DNA of 64,000 bases from Azolla caroliniana (GCA_043228905.1 JBHGNT010000006.1:1488001-1552000), one strand, 5' to 3'. Shown: positions 49,501 to 63,824, counted from the stretch's first letter. Program-made: numbers and translations. The notes: generated from the letters alone by a model not told the origin.

Positions 49501-52500
49501 CACTTTGGTTGAGTCTTGCGATTTCAGTGTAGTTTTATCCATGAAAACTCTAGATTCATTTTAAACTTTTAAATTCCTGTCCAACCTTTCACTCATGGTT
49601 AATGATGACTGCAGCAGCATTCAGTTGATTATGTCTCTCTATTCTTGAACCAAGAATTTCCAATTTTGTATCCTATAGACTGTGGTGTTTATAGGGATGT
49701 TAGTTTACAGCATATATATGGATGGACATAGTGTCCAAACATTTTGTGTATGATAAAATTATGCATGATTTTATCCGAATCAAGTTTTAGACCTGCAAAG
49801 ATAATGCTTTCTACCATGTTGTATCTCTTCATGGCATCTAATAAAGAAAGTGCATACTCTGGTTTCATTACCCAATCACTCTCATCAATTTTCTCCTTCC
49901 AGTGTATTTCCACTTGGATAGCCGACTGAGGAACAATTCCTATAAAGAAAAAAAAGGCTGAAAAAAATATGAGCATTGCAGAGTCCAGTTGTTTTATAAC
50001 TACCTTCATAATTATAAAGTAGCATGTCTTTTAATGTAGTAAATCCACATATCTCATTTAACAATATTATTGTGACTGTTACACAGACAAACCAGTCAAG
50101 GGAACTTGCTGACCTATACAAATGCCTGTACTAAAGACTGCCAAAAAAATGTATAGAATTGTAAATATACATAAAGACATAGAGACATGAATGAATGAAG
50201 CCTTAAAAATAAACTTCTGTAAATATTATGATTGATTTTTCTGCTGTTCACATCAAATAAACATGCACATGCTTGCCATACAGCTTACCCACATATTCTT
50301 TTCCTTGAGGTTCTTCAATTGTCAGGGCACTATTGGTTGGCATCATCCACATGTTCAAAACCGTTTTGACCTCCTAATGGATTCCCACCGAGGTAATCTG
50401 CAATATTTAGTAACATCCCATATTATTTGAATCCAGATGCAACAGCAACGCACTTACCAATGGTGGCAATAATATCTTTGGGGAATGATGTCCACTGTTA
50501 CCATTTTCCATGGAAGCAACAGACCATTGCACACTTATACCAATATAGTATAGATATCGAATAGCAGTGCCTTTATATGATGGTGGGAGAACCTTGGGAA
50601 GAACAATTTGAATAAGATCTGAGCACAAGAAAGCACTTAGCAGTTAACTAAGATTATGAAAATGATATGACAGACATATAACTGATATGAAAATGAAACA
50701 AAGGAAGGCCTTCATAATAAAGATAAAAACAAAAAACGAGCACTTTTCATCATCAATTGTCTTTAAATTCCATAGACTTACATGTCTTTTTCACACCTTC
50801 CTCAAACAGGACATTTGTGACAATGGTAATTGGAGAGGATTCCAAAATACTGCGCTCCCCTGTCTCAACAAAAATATACTTAAATGATCACCATATTTGG
50901 ATTGCAATCCAGTGCATAGCCAAAAAAGAACATGATTAACAATGAAACTACCTCGACTTAACTAGAAAAAGAATTGACTCTAAGATACTTACCCAGGTAC
51001 TCTACAGTCAGTACCTTTTGTTTGTGAGGGAGAAAGCTTGTTAATTAGATTTGTGTTTTTGTGTTCATGCATCGTGTGTGTGCACGTGCATTTATTTTAT
51101 GCAAATATTCAAAAGAACAAATATTATTGCACAAAGAGGGTTCTCGCATCCAGTGAACTCAGGTGCTTAAGTGACTCCCTGAGGATTTGTTTTTCTAGTT
51201 TTGGAATGCCGGTTATAACATTTTTAGTGAGCAAAAAATACACTATTCCTCAAGTTTCTGTTATGGGCATTGTTAACCATGATACATGTTGCAAATTGTC
51301 TCTGTACACAAACCTCAGCCATGATTCATATTGCATGTGATTTATGTACACATACCAGCAAAATGATTCATATCACAAATTATGTACATACACAAACCTC
51401 TAACATGATTCATGTTGGACAATGATCATGTACATCCCTCTACCGGGATAATTCACATTGTACATGATCTATGCACACATGCTTTGTCCATGATTCATAT
51501 TGCATATTATCTATGTAAACACCACACAATGCACATGATCTACATACATACATCACATATTGCATATAACATATACCACATACTGCACATACCTCTACCA
51601 CGATCCACAATGTACATTCCAAATATTCAGATTAGTATGATTGTAAAAAATATGAACTACATAGGCATACAACATATTGCCCGTGACTTAAGCATATCAG
51701 ATTAGCATGAGTATAAAAAACATAAACTACATAGACATGCAACATATTATTTATGTAAACAGCACATGATGCACATATCTACGTAGATACAACGCATATT
51801 GCATATCACATATACCACATACTGCACAAACCTCTAACATTATTCATATTCCACATATTTCAGATTAGCATGATTATAAAAAACATGAACTAGATAGACA
51901 TCCAACATATTGCCTGTGAATTAAGCACATACACGACCATGATTCATATTGCACATGATCTATGTACATTTACAACCTATTGCACATAATCTCTATAGGC
52001 ATGCCTCAACCATGACTCACGTTGCACATACGCATATTACAGATGATCTATGTACCCCTACCTCTCCCATGACTTAAATTGCACATATGCACATTGCACG
52101 CAACCTATGTACACCTACCTCTCCCATGACTCAAATTGTACATCTGCATGACCTATGTCTACCTACCACTCGCATGATCAATGTGTATACATAATGACAT
52201 TGCACACGATCTATGCATATGTACACATATTGCACATGATCTATGTTTACACATGGCCACATGTTGCACATGATCTATGTGTACTCATAACCACATATTG
52301 CACATGCTCTAGCATATTTCATATTGCACAATGAATCCTAGTTGCACACATACCTCTATGATGCTTCGAGCCAAGGATGGGTTCATCAGTGAGAATCCAT
52401 TGTGGATCCAACTTCTCGATCCCTTTGATCTCGAATGCGAGATTCTCGAGCAAAACCGGTTCTCCAAAACAAGTATTCTCATTATCATCGCAGACAATGT

Positions 52501-52648
52501 CAACCGTGGCAAGCAAGGTATCGCCAGGTCTATAAGAAAGCTTATCCGTGCTTAATTTGACAGAAGGAGGTTTCTGGACGTGGCCAAGGGAAGGGTATGT
52601 TTCCTGGACAGGCTTCTCCTTCCTGAGGAAAGAGAAGATCTCGAACAT
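46565..52648 (-). CDS. RGP1: RGP1 / RAB6A-GEF complex partner protein 2 homolog (Arabidopsis LOT-like), spliced
   Basis: Phase-consistent GT-AG exons: 52648-52354, 50859-50782, 50618-50458, 50373-50289, 49939-49872, 48706-48457, 48381-48214, 47889-47786, 47566-47513, 47437-47354, 46864-46565. Family motifs recognised from memory: KGIEKLDPQW, LPPSYKGTAIRYLYY, RGRSYNIKI, FSIPSDGPPSFTTPHVTLEWVLRFEF. Confidence 0.85.
51270..52330. repeat. Degenerate purine-pyrimidine-rich repeat array (ATTGCACATGATCTATGTAC-like) in RGP1 intron 1
   Basis: Many short degenerate units plus an internal ~250-bp duplication (CAGATTAGCATG...AAAAAACATGAACTA). Origin unclear, probably TE subterminal sequence. Confidence 0.6.
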
Positions 52649-52929
52649 GATTTTCTTCTGATTCCTACAATGGTTTCTGCTCCATGAAGAGAGCCTCAGT
52701 TCATTTCCATTCCATCACTGATCAACATCTGCTTGCATGCTTTAGCATTCAAACTTCATCATTTATTTAGCTTGGCTTAGCAACAACTTAACTTAAGTGT
52801 GGAAGACATTTAGAATGACATACGTTTCATCGTGGCCCGTGGGTAAGAATCGTCGTTGCTGCCATGTGGCATACACTCTCACGTTCGATCTTTGACAACA
52901 AAGGTATTGCTGCTATAGAATCTCATATT

Positions 52930-54560
52930 TGCATATTTCTATAGGCAAAACAAGTTGGAAGGTAAAGTGGCAACCAAAGTTGCATGGAACAAAATAACAC
53001 GATGCAAGAAAGATGGAGGATTTGCATTCATCGATCTAGAAACTCAGAGCAAAGCATTATTGGGCAAATTAGTAGTAAGAAGTGTCCTCCCTAGCAAAGA
53101 AATTTGGAAAATGTTGATGAGGCATAGATTTGATATCTGGACTCTTAGAACAGGAGGCAAATGGTTGTCGGCTAGCAGATGGCCTTTTGTACAGTAAATG
53201 AAGCTCAAATCTTCCAACATGCCTGAAGAGCGTCTAATGCTTTCCATCATGACTACTTGGAAGTTGCTCACCATTGGAGGCAGTCGTTCTCTCCCATGGA
53301 GTGGGCTTGCAAGCCTCTTCTATGGAATCCCAACATTACATATGTTAGCGGTAGAATGCTAGGAATGGAAGTGGGACTTCCTTGGGCAGATCTTTGAAAA
53401 GTAATGGTGGCCCACAGTGGTTAAGTGGTGGGAGCACCATCAAAAATCAACAACATATTGGAAAATGGCAATATAAAATGGAAGAAAATGATAACACTCA
53501 TAAAAAACTTGATGTGGGGGTATCCTTGGGAAGGTCATGTGTCAGAATGTGGCTTTGAGAGGTGTAAATGGTTGGGGTACATCAATGCCAAAGGGCATAT
53601 ATAGGACATTAAACACACTAATGCAGATGTTGAGAGCTCTACAACAATGGTAAAATTTCAGGAATGGATGCCAATTAGAGTGCTTACTAGATCCAAAAAA
53701 CATTGGGAAGTAGAGTCACCCAGACAACTACAAAAATGATGTAGCTTCTAAAATCTCAAATTTGGAAGATACTAGCTTCAAGAACTCGACGTGGAATCCA
53801 ACAGAACTAGGATTGAAAACTTTGAAAGGTACTATTAAGTTTTTCCAATATTCATCTAAGCTTGGTTGTAGTATTCTACAACACAAGTACATGGAGCAAC
53901 ATGGCCTTTCTAGCAAGTGGACTATGCAAGAATTGCATGATGATTTCCTAAAACTATACTAGAAACAATTATGGGCTACAAAGATTGCAGAAACAGCAAA
54001 AGTGTTCTTATTTATGTGGCCACGTATCTCTTTCAGTAGGCACTTGGCTACAAAAAAAAGGGAATTGATGGGAAATGCAGGTTGTGCTCTTCAGGAATAG
54101 CGTATCTAGAACATTGCTTATGGGAATTGTCACATGCATAGGAAGTTTGGTCTAAAGTGATGAGAACTTGAATGGATGGCACAAACTTTTGATCATGATC
54201 AAATACACTTTGTGTGGGCAAACCATTCCAACAACACAATTGATCCACGAAAATGCATGCGTTAATTTTGGAGTTGTAATTGTACTTTTGTGGTAAGTGT
54301 ATCCAATATAACCTGAAGAGGGTCATATAATCTCAACAATTTATCAACAATTTGACAATCAACTCCATTGAAATGCTTCTCACTTTACATTTGGATTTTG
54401 GAATGTTTGTGACAGAACATTGAGTGCATATGAATTATTTGGGTTGGCACTTGACACCATTGCATCGACAATCGATATGGGAACCTACTTCCACATGAGA
54501 CAAGTACCAAAGAGAGGTAAAACAAGAATTTCAACAAATATAGGGAGCAATAGATAAATT
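52930..54560 (+). pseudogene. Decayed 5'-truncated L1-type LINE (post-RT region and zf-RVT)
   Basis: KVAWNKITRCKKDGGF.FIDL, QPLLWNP.I, and C..C....EHCLW.C...VW zinc-finger-like motifs, with many stops and frameshifts. Confidence 0.75.
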
Positions 54561-56122
54561 TATTTTGCTACAAGATTTAGGGACCCTTAGTTAATATATT
54601 TAGATTCGTGGAGATATTATTGAACTAAATAATGAGAATTTATTGGAATTTCATCTAGGAACCTCCGGTTAATATACTTGGGCCATGGATATATCTTGAA
54701 AAGAACCTCAACTTGGGTGTCATTTTGCAAATATTGTAACGTACATCGTAGATGTTACTCTTTGCCTTAATTTGAGTCTATGCTAAATCTATATGAATAT
54801 TATACAGTATACTTATTGAGCAACATGGTTTTTAGTTTTCTTTGAAAATCTATGAGAAACCTAGATATGACAAACTTTTATGAACATTAATGTGGTCCTT
54901 CAACTTATGTAGAGTTGCTTATCAAACCTTCACACATACATACACTTTTTTTTTATGATTGACTTTCGATATGTAAGACTTTGTCGTATTTATATATAAA
55001 ACAAGTGCAAAGTGGCACAACCATGCTAGTTCTTTGACATGTATACAAGATGTAGATGTTAGCAAGTTGTACCAATTATGTGAAAGAGACATAAACTAGG
55101 GAACATGGCATTTGTAGATTTATGGTATTCTATGATATTAGATACTTATATTAGAGGAACATTATGTCATGCAATTCAAAGACAAAACATGTTTGGGGAT
55201 CTCATAGAACTTTAGAGGTGTATACCAACCATATTGAAAGAAAAGACACTCTCGTTCACCCATTGGAACAATGTAAGACCATTGGTCTTAACATGCCTTC
55301 CCCACGTACACATGGCCCCAAACCAAATTAGTACATGGTAGGTAGATGAGCCCACCAAAAGGAATCACTTTGGAGAGACCGGAAGAACTCATGATTAGGC
55401 AACGCCCAATACCAACAAATGAGACTCGAAGCTCCTTATGCACTATAGCATAATCAAGATGCGTGTTTAATGGGGATTTCGGGTGGGTTAACACAACAAA
55501 AAAATTTCTTTTTAGTTTTCATCTTTACTTAAGGTTGTTAGCTTTCATTCCTTGAACAAGCTATACTACATAAATTGCTTTGGTTCCATAACTTGCATAA
55601 GCCTCTTTAGAAAAATTAATACACTTTTTCTTATATACAAGAGAAGTCATGTATGCTCATCAAACCTTTAGGAAATATGTATATGTTAAAACATTGTATA
55701 CCAATTACTCTTTTATCTAAAGATCTTGTTTCTAGTACGAACGCCATGAAATGGGCATTCATACATACATTTTATTTCATGCATACGCCAAACACAAAAA
55801 AGTAGGAATACCACTTACTTCATAGGAGCCCTCTCAAACTAGAGAAATCCTAGTTATATATTGTATAGAAACCCTTGATCAATTTGGAATGTTCCCATTC
55901 ATGGCCCATGGGTAATATATCCAAGGATTGTTAGGTTCAACTCATATTAACATGATCTTAACATACCAAGATTAGCTCACTTACCACTATATTTGGGGGA
56001 CATCAATAAACTAACTCTGATGCGACTATCATATGCCCACATTACATCAATCTTCTTGTGTTTATTTAATTAGTTACTTTGATTTGTATGGGTAAGTTAC
56101 TTCGATGTTATGATTATTTCTA

Positions 56123-57920
56123 GGGAAAAGTACCAGGATACCCCTGGAAGTTTGTCTATTTACCAGAATGCCCCTGAAAGTTCTAAATTTACCAAACTAC
56201 CCCTATGTCTAAAAAAATACACTCTATAAAGTAAATATACACTCAAATGTACAAGCCATATTTACCAAACTACCCTTCAAACAGAAAATTCTTTACTTAG
56301 TGATTATTTGGGTAGTTTTCTCTCCTTTCTTGTTCATCATCAATCGTCTTCATAAGGTCAGTAGAAACCAAATCCTAATTGCTATTTTCCCACAGATTCA
56401 GATGAATAATGCAATTTTACAGCAAAATCTGTGCAACGCAATTCAAATAGATTATTCAAACCTTCAAAAATCTTAATTCTGAACCCTTTATCCTGAGAGT
56501 TAACATTATGTGAAATCACAAAATTTGTTTTCTTACACAAAGTTTGTCTTTCCTTCTGTTTGTTTCCTTCTTTCTCAGTCTCAAACTTTATGTTACATAT
56601 TTACTGTGAGTTGTTCGCAACAAATTTGCCTTAAGGTTGCAAACACATTGCATCCTTTTTTGCAACTTCTATCAAATTCTGGTTCCTTTTTTGAGCAATC
56701 ACAGGGGAATATTATGAAGTTTGAACATTTTGGGTGAATACACCCATAATCCCTTGAAAACCTAGTTCCTTTCTCCCATAGATCCTGGGTGAATATATCA
56801 AGTTTGGTCTACAGATACACAAATTACAACCAGAAGTTTTTATTTTCATGATCCGAAGGGAGTACATGGAACATTTTTGGGAAAAAAAATCTTAAATCTT
56901 ATCCCTTGGATTAAATTATTTTTGGTCCATGACTACAGATTTCTATTTACAAGCTATTTTTGTTTCCTAGAGTATTTTTGGGAGATTCTGCAGCCATATA
57001 GAATTGTGGATCATGATGAGAAGAATAGGAGGCTTTGCTAATGACATTCAAAATGTGAGTATCTCCTCCTACATATGGGAGCTTCCCATCCATTGGCCGA
57101 GACATGATCTTTCCACCGAAGCTACACATTAACTTGATTTGATCATTGGTCGAAGCCTTAATCCGAGTAAAATCAGGATCCACCCCACCGATAGAGTTTA
57201 TCCGAGTGGAAGACAGGTCCGAATCAGAAAGGTAATCCAAAGTCGATACTTTGGATAGATCACCATGTTGCTTCCCCTTTACTGCGGCATGATGGTTCTG
57301 ATGCGTAGGGTCTAAGGGATACCCCATTTGATGGCCGTATCTTCGTGCTCGTGGTGATGATCAAAGGAATTAGAGCTAGGGTTAAAGCTTCCCTCAGAAA
57401 GACGATGTGGTGGCCACGATGTTTTTTGGCTATCCTTACCACAATTTTCTTCTTCTCCGATGCAATAATATCCTGCACCGCCATGGATACGAAGCTTCGA
57501 AAAGGTCGATGGAGATGTCTAGGTTAGCAGAGAGCTACTGTCGTGTGAAGAGATGGTAAATTGGGGGAGGAAATTCCTAATGATGATGGTGGTGGTGGTG
57601 GTGATGAGGCAGATGTCGAAGAGGAAGATGAGTATGGTGAAGATGATGATGAGGACGATGGATATGGTTCGAGGGGGATATGATGGGGATGTGGAGGGTT
57701 TGAGGGGGATATGATTTATGAGCCAAATTTACCAAACTAGCCCTATGGTAAAAAAGTCTAGGTTTAAGGGTAGTTTGGTAAATATGGCTTGTACATTTGA
57801 GTGTATATTTACTTTATAGAATGTATTTTTTTGGATATAGGGGTAGTTTGGTAAATTTAGAACTTTCAGGGGTATTCTGGTAAATAGACAAACTTCCAGG
57901 GGTATCCTGGTACTTTTCCC
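56123..57920. mobile_element. Pack-MULE (non-autonomous Mutator-like element carrying a host gene fragment)
   Basis: ~160-bp near-perfect TIRs (GGGAAAAGTACCAGGATACCCC... / ...GGGGTATCCTGGTACTTTTCCC); perfect 9-bp TSD TTATTTCTA (56114-56122, 57921-57929); no transposase. Confidence 0.93.
57030..57484 (-). pseudogene. Captured 5' fragment of a plant PB1 (octicosapeptide/Phox/Bem1p) domain gene inside the Pack-MULE
   Basis: IKLMCSFGGKIMSRPMDGKLPYVGGDTHIL matches the plant PB1 consensus (KxMCSFGGKIxPRPxDGKLRYVGGxTRI). The domain is truncated and the upstream frame is shifted. Confidence 0.85.
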
Positions 57921-59174
57921 TTATTTCTATAACTTGTTAATCAAATTTATCCTACCAATTAATTTGTCAATGATAATAATCAAGTGAGTTGATTGATAAA
58001 TAAATATATTGTTATCAAGATTACGCTTGTTGCTAATTACATTCAAGGCATATGTGGTTTGATGGCTTCCTTAACTAACCTGGAAAAACATCATCCTTGC
58101 ACCATTCAACAACCTTCTTGTTATTCATGTTTTTGGATGATACAAATGACTTCTCTTTTATCTAAGAGACTATATATCGGTTTCCTAGAGATCCTAGTTT
58201 AAATTGGATTTGTAAATCATATAATCATGGATCTATATCATAGAACTACTAAGCAAATCCACTTAATCTACAATCCATGGATTTATGGTGCGATAATAAT
58301 ACTTCCCTAAACAAGCACATCATACCTTTCAATTGGATTGCCAAGCTATCATGAGTTTGAGTCTGTAAAATCATGGCGGCATGATGGGCGGGAATCAATC
58401 CAACATACAACCCATAATTTTGATTGCTTTGTGATCTATGGCTCAATACCCCTTGAAGACGATTCAAACTACGACATTGAGAAATTTGAGACTATTGTGA
58501 CTTCTAAATATACTAGCATTGATGATGTAAAACCAACCACCTTTGCTTCTATGATCCACCGAATCCTCTAAATTCACATAAAATGTTCCATCAGATAATC
58601 GCATCCTTATCGATTGTTGTCATAATATAAGTTACCTCCCTAATAAACTTTACTGATGGCTTCTATTTCACATTAATAAAGAACTTCAAACTTTCAACGC
58701 TTACTCAACCAATCGAGGACAACTACATCAGTAATCTCCCTTAAAACAAGTCTCATAGATGAGGTCAATTCCATTAGCTTAGTTCAGTTATCACCCATCC
58801 ACATACATGTTCAAAGTCGTTGCTTTGCCCAGCAGATGAATTGCATCCGTAATGATTTAGATGCTAAATCAATTCAATTGATCGGGGCATAAACATGTTA
58901 TTGCTTCACTAATCTCTCTTAAACAACTCTTATAGATCAAATCAATTTTGATGATTCATAGTTGGATTTGTAAGTCATTTAACCTATCCACACACACCTT
59001 CACTGCTACCTAACAGATTGACATCCCCGGTACATCATTTGCACTGACAAATCATGACCAGATTATTAGAAAATAGAAAAAAGCAATACAATCAAGCCAA
59101 GTAAGATACCATTGAAGAAAATGGATGGATCTTATTACTTGGTTGTTTAAAGGACCAATATCTTTATAGACAAA

Positions 59175-60410
59175 TTATAGATGAATGTCTTCCATAACCA
59201 ATGAGCTAAAACAAACAACTTTATCGAATCGATTGACTGGTGCAGGAAGATGTGGCATCTTCCTCCATATGACCTTTCCTCCTGAAACATCACAAATGCA
59301 AGTAGCATAATCTTTATGCCAAGAATCACTATACATGTAGATGAAATCGCCTCCACCCACGCAGGTGATGACAGGGTCCTTAATCTCATCATCCTCATCC
59401 TCATCAAAGATTGAGTAAATCTCATGTGGCATGTATCCTATCTCTATACATTCAAGAGAGGGGAAGTTAACTAGCCATACCTTGAAGCGACGATGTCCAT
59501 CGTTGTTGATTCGAACCAGTCCAATGAGGATAAGTCTGGATCCGCAAGCAATAAGGAATGAATAGACAGTTCTTTGCTCAGGCTTGAGCAAGAATGTGTT
59601 GCTCCATTGAAGGGTTTCGATGTCGAGGTAAGCCATCAGACCAGTATCAGTTTCATACACAATAAATTTGCCTTCGAAGACAGTTGATCGCATCCATTGT
59701 GATGTGTTCAAGAGGCGAAATTGGTGCGGGAGGGGAGCACAAGGTAGCCAGGCATCCTTTTGAGAGTCATAGATTTCCACAACAAGTTGATCATCCATGG
59801 CTTTGCCCCCGGCAACCACCAAATGGAAGCTGCCCCCACCCGACCCATCAAGGCCAGAGTCAGGGTTGGAGAGAGAGTTAAATCTATGGCAAGTCGTAGG
59901 GTTAAGGTTATATCTAGGGTTAAAGCTACGGGTAGGTTCAGGGTTACGCGTATGCTTAGGGTTTCTGATTATCGCGACAATGGGCGATCGGCGCGAGACT
60001 TGCAGAGGGGGAGTTTCACGCCATGAGGAGTTTTTGAAGAGCGAGGTCGTGAAGCCAAGCTTACAGATCCCTGTCCCAGCAAGGGCGAACAGAAGACCAT
60101 GGGTGCCCGTGAGGGAGCCTTGGTCGTAAGGCGGGAGTTGGAACGAGCGGAATCGGTGCCATCGCCATGTCTCAGGATCGAAGCCGAAGGCCTGATTCTT
60201 AGCTGCAAGGAAATGGTTGACTCCTGTGAAGAAGAACCATGGGCGGTGTGAGATGAGGTGCTGTCCCAGAATTAATCGACGAGGCGGGGAGAGGAAGAAA
60301 TGCCAGCGCTTGCAAACCACCGAGGCAGCGATGGAGGATTGAAGGGGAAGTCGCCATAGAATCTCTTCCAGTAGATCTTCGTGAAGACCTCCAAGGTCTC
60401 CATAGCCTTC

Positions 60411-60456
<46 letters not shown>

Positions 60457-60589
60457 GTGTTAGCTTCATTATCATCATGAAGCTGTTGAGGGTCATAATC
60501 ATCAGCACCATTACATACACCATCACCATCACCATCACCATCATCATGAAGCTGTTGATGGCCATCATCATCAGCACCATCACATACAC

Positions 60590-60622
<33 letters not shown>

Positions 60623-60719
60623 GAAGCTGTTGAGGGCCATAATCATCAGCACCATCACATACTCCATCATTGTGTTGCAGTTGGTGACAAGTCTCTTTGT
60701 CTCTTGACAACAAATCCAT
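59175..60719 (-). CDS. F-box/kelch-repeat-like protein with acidic repetitive N-terminus, single exon, 514 aa
   Basis: F-box LHEDLLEEILWRLP...ASVVCKRW; PWFF..., FGFDP...W; kelch-like VVAGG, VEIYDS..D.W motifs; uninterrupted ORF. Confidence 0.9.
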
Positions 60720-62230
60720 GGGTAGAAGACGATTTTACAAAGGAAAAAAAGAATGGAAGAAGAAAGGGGGGGAGAATTTAGAAAGACGGAGATAGGAAAT
60801 TTCTCATGAAGTGGATAAAGGAAAGGGGGTAGTAGGGTAGGTACCTAACACAATAAAACCTTTTTCGTGGGTGGGGGACCAGGGTGGGGTACATTAGCCA
60901 TCTCACGTGAACCACCATGACATGATATGAATCCATTTGGGCGATTTATCGGATCCCCGGCTCGTCCGCTCGAATACTGTAACGAAAAAATCCCATGTTG
61001 GAAAAAAGCACATGGCGTATGACCTCCTTGTTCCTTCGACATTAAAAAGAAGTATCCGATCCTTGACACTTCTCTCATAGACTTAGTGATTAGGTGGAGC
61101 TTATATAGATCGGAGTATGTATGTATTCTAGGAAAGTCCAATCTAGGGGTTGGTTGAGAAGATTTTCTGGAGAAATTCGTTGATAAAACATTTATGCTTT
61201 TGCTTCTTACATGCTCGAAAAACGTTATTTATGTTTAAAAGGTACATCCATGTTATCCAAAAAAAAGATAGAATGGTATACCTACAATTGGTACTTTAGT
61301 GCATACTTGGCAAGGCTTAAAAACCCTTCAATGAAGGTAAACTTTATATAAAATCTCTAATGGGTTCTAGAGGCTACTAGAAACAATCCAATACCTAAGA
61401 TTTTCGCTAGCAAACTATACCCAAAATCGCATGATGAATTGAGGCAAATGTTATGAGTGCTCCACTTGAAATTTGTTTGCCACTTGCTTTAGCCAATAAC
61501 AATCACTCTTTTGAAGAAAATGCAATATACATCGTCATGCTTGGCCTCCTCCAAACTTAACTTCTATTACAAAAATATCTAAATCCAAGGCTCAAGAACT
61601 TCCCAAAAATATTGCAATTAACTTCTATGACATGCCAATCGACATGTGCAAGATAGTTGAAGGCCTTCCTTTTTTTTGATGCTGTTAAAGTAAAGTCGTT
61701 TAAAAATAACGTTATTTATATGTTAAATTTGTAGATGTACAATTTAGTACGGTACGTCATACGAAGATATTGACGTCTATTTCGAGATGGGTTTGAACAT
61801 CCCACCATGTCATACCATCAGAGGATCAAGAGTATTTTATCTTTGTCCAATAGAGCTTAAGAACGAAAGGCCATTGAACATAACATTCCTCACCCATATG
61901 CCACATGCCTCACATCTTATTGAGACTCAAATAGAGTACAAATAGTCAAATGAGCCCGACTGAAGTGATCACCTTGGAGCAATCTAAAGAGCCAATGGCA
62001 AGGATAAGTCCTAGGACCTAGATCACTTGGGAGAAGAATTGAACACTCCTTCAACCTTGCGCAAATACAAGAACCAATAAATTTGGGAACTGGTTAAGGC
62101 TTATGTCAAGATTCCTCAAGCACATCAGTACAATAATGATGAACATGTGTCATCGCCCTTTGGGATGGGATCTTACTTTTTTAAATTGATTTAACAATTC
62201 TCTAACAACATAGAAGATGTACACCATTTA

Positions 62231-62703
62231 TAACAATCGACAACGGTTCGGTTCGGTTTGAGAGGGCCAAAACCGAACCGTTTAAAGTTTTTGAAACCTG
62301 AATTGAATCGAACCGAACCATGAAATCGTTAATAAAATTTCAAACCGTTAAACCGAACCGTTAATAATTTTTCAAATCGTTAAAACTGCGATTTTGTGGT
62401 TCGGTTTCAGTTTTTAACTTAGGTCAAATTTTAAAATATTTCATTATTTTTTAAAATTTAAAGATGTTCCTAAAAATGTGAGAATATGGTCTAAAAATGC
62501 AAAGATTGCTTAAAAACAAGTTTTAAATTTTTTAAAAATTTAAAAAATAAAATAAAATAATGTCTAAATCGTAGTTTCTAACTGTTGAAATCGAACCAAA
62601 CCGTTAAAAAAAACCTGAACCTGAACCAAACCAAACTATTAAAACCATTAAGCCATGATTTTGCGGTTCGGTTAGGTTCAAACTGAACCATTGCCTATTG
62701 TTA
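62231..62703. mobile_element. hAT-family MITE, same family as 19458-19900
   Basis: TIRs TAACAATCGACAACGGTT / AACCATTGCCTATTGTTA; perfect 8-bp TSD ACCATTTA; internal sequence colinear with the 19.5-kb copy. Confidence 0.9.
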
Positions 62704-63824
62704 ACCATTTAACCTCATAGGCCACAATAACCTCCGTAGAGACATTAATAAACTTCTTCCTCTTTACTATCTTGAATAAACAATAACATATGCTTTGTCT
62801 CATGATTATATTCATATAGTTTATAAAAAAGTGATTCCCAAAAAGAAAATACGGATCTCAATTATTTGTTACAGAAAATATATTACCAATTATGTCTCTT
62901 TGATTTTTGACTCAATGTTTCATAATGTAGAGAACTTGGGCTTCTACAGTCAACATCCCCAAACGGGGTAAACATGACTTAAATGTTGGAGTGTTGTACT
63001 TCCAAAGGTCATTATTGAGACTTGAGGGGTTTCCTTCTTCATAGTGGACTAACCAAGAGATTAAGGGCATCACTCCCCATTAACAAAGACCATATCACAC
63101 TTCAACACATAAAAGTGCATGCTTCACCACTCCTTGCAGAAATGGAAACCTTGATGGGTTCTTAAGTTAAACCAACGTTAATACACCTAATCACTACAAA
63201 ATAAGAAATAAAATTGCTTAATTAATAGATAATAACTACATGAGAAACACATGAGTTGTCTAGATCAAATAGATTATTGTTAATTAATTGTTGTAGAAAA
63301 TCTATATGGGGTAAAGTGGATCTTAGAAGAGGCATATTGAAGAGAACAATAACCAAAAAGTAGTCCATATGTAGGGGCACCGAAAGACCCTTTATGTGAG
63401 AGCTCTTACCTTTTATCCAAGTTAGAAACTTTATAGCATCCTCCTCACATTACAAGCCCATTGAGCATTGGCCATTGCCACCTAATAGTCTCTTATTTTT
63501 GACAAATTACAATATGAGCTTGTTTCTTCTACATATTTCACTTATGAACAACAATTGAATTTCGAAATATTGTGGTGTGCATGTGTTCCTTTGTGCCATC
63601 CTTTTAGCACACCCTTTTTAGCTAAGACAACCCAAATGGGTACCTTTGTATGAACTATAAATTGAGTAAGAAGTAAGAAGCTAACTAGACTGGTTTTGAT
63701 CTCTTATCTGCATTTCACATATTGGTGGAGGTGCGGGGTACCAGTCCCCCACGTTCAAGCATTCACCTCTTCCCCCTCACCTTAGGTTGCCCACTAACAA
63801 GTTTCCTAGATCCCCCTCCTACAC

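Noticed and set aside
60272-60707. Poly-Met and poly-Ile ORFs
   Set aside because: Alternate frames of the (GAT)n repeats in the F-box gene.
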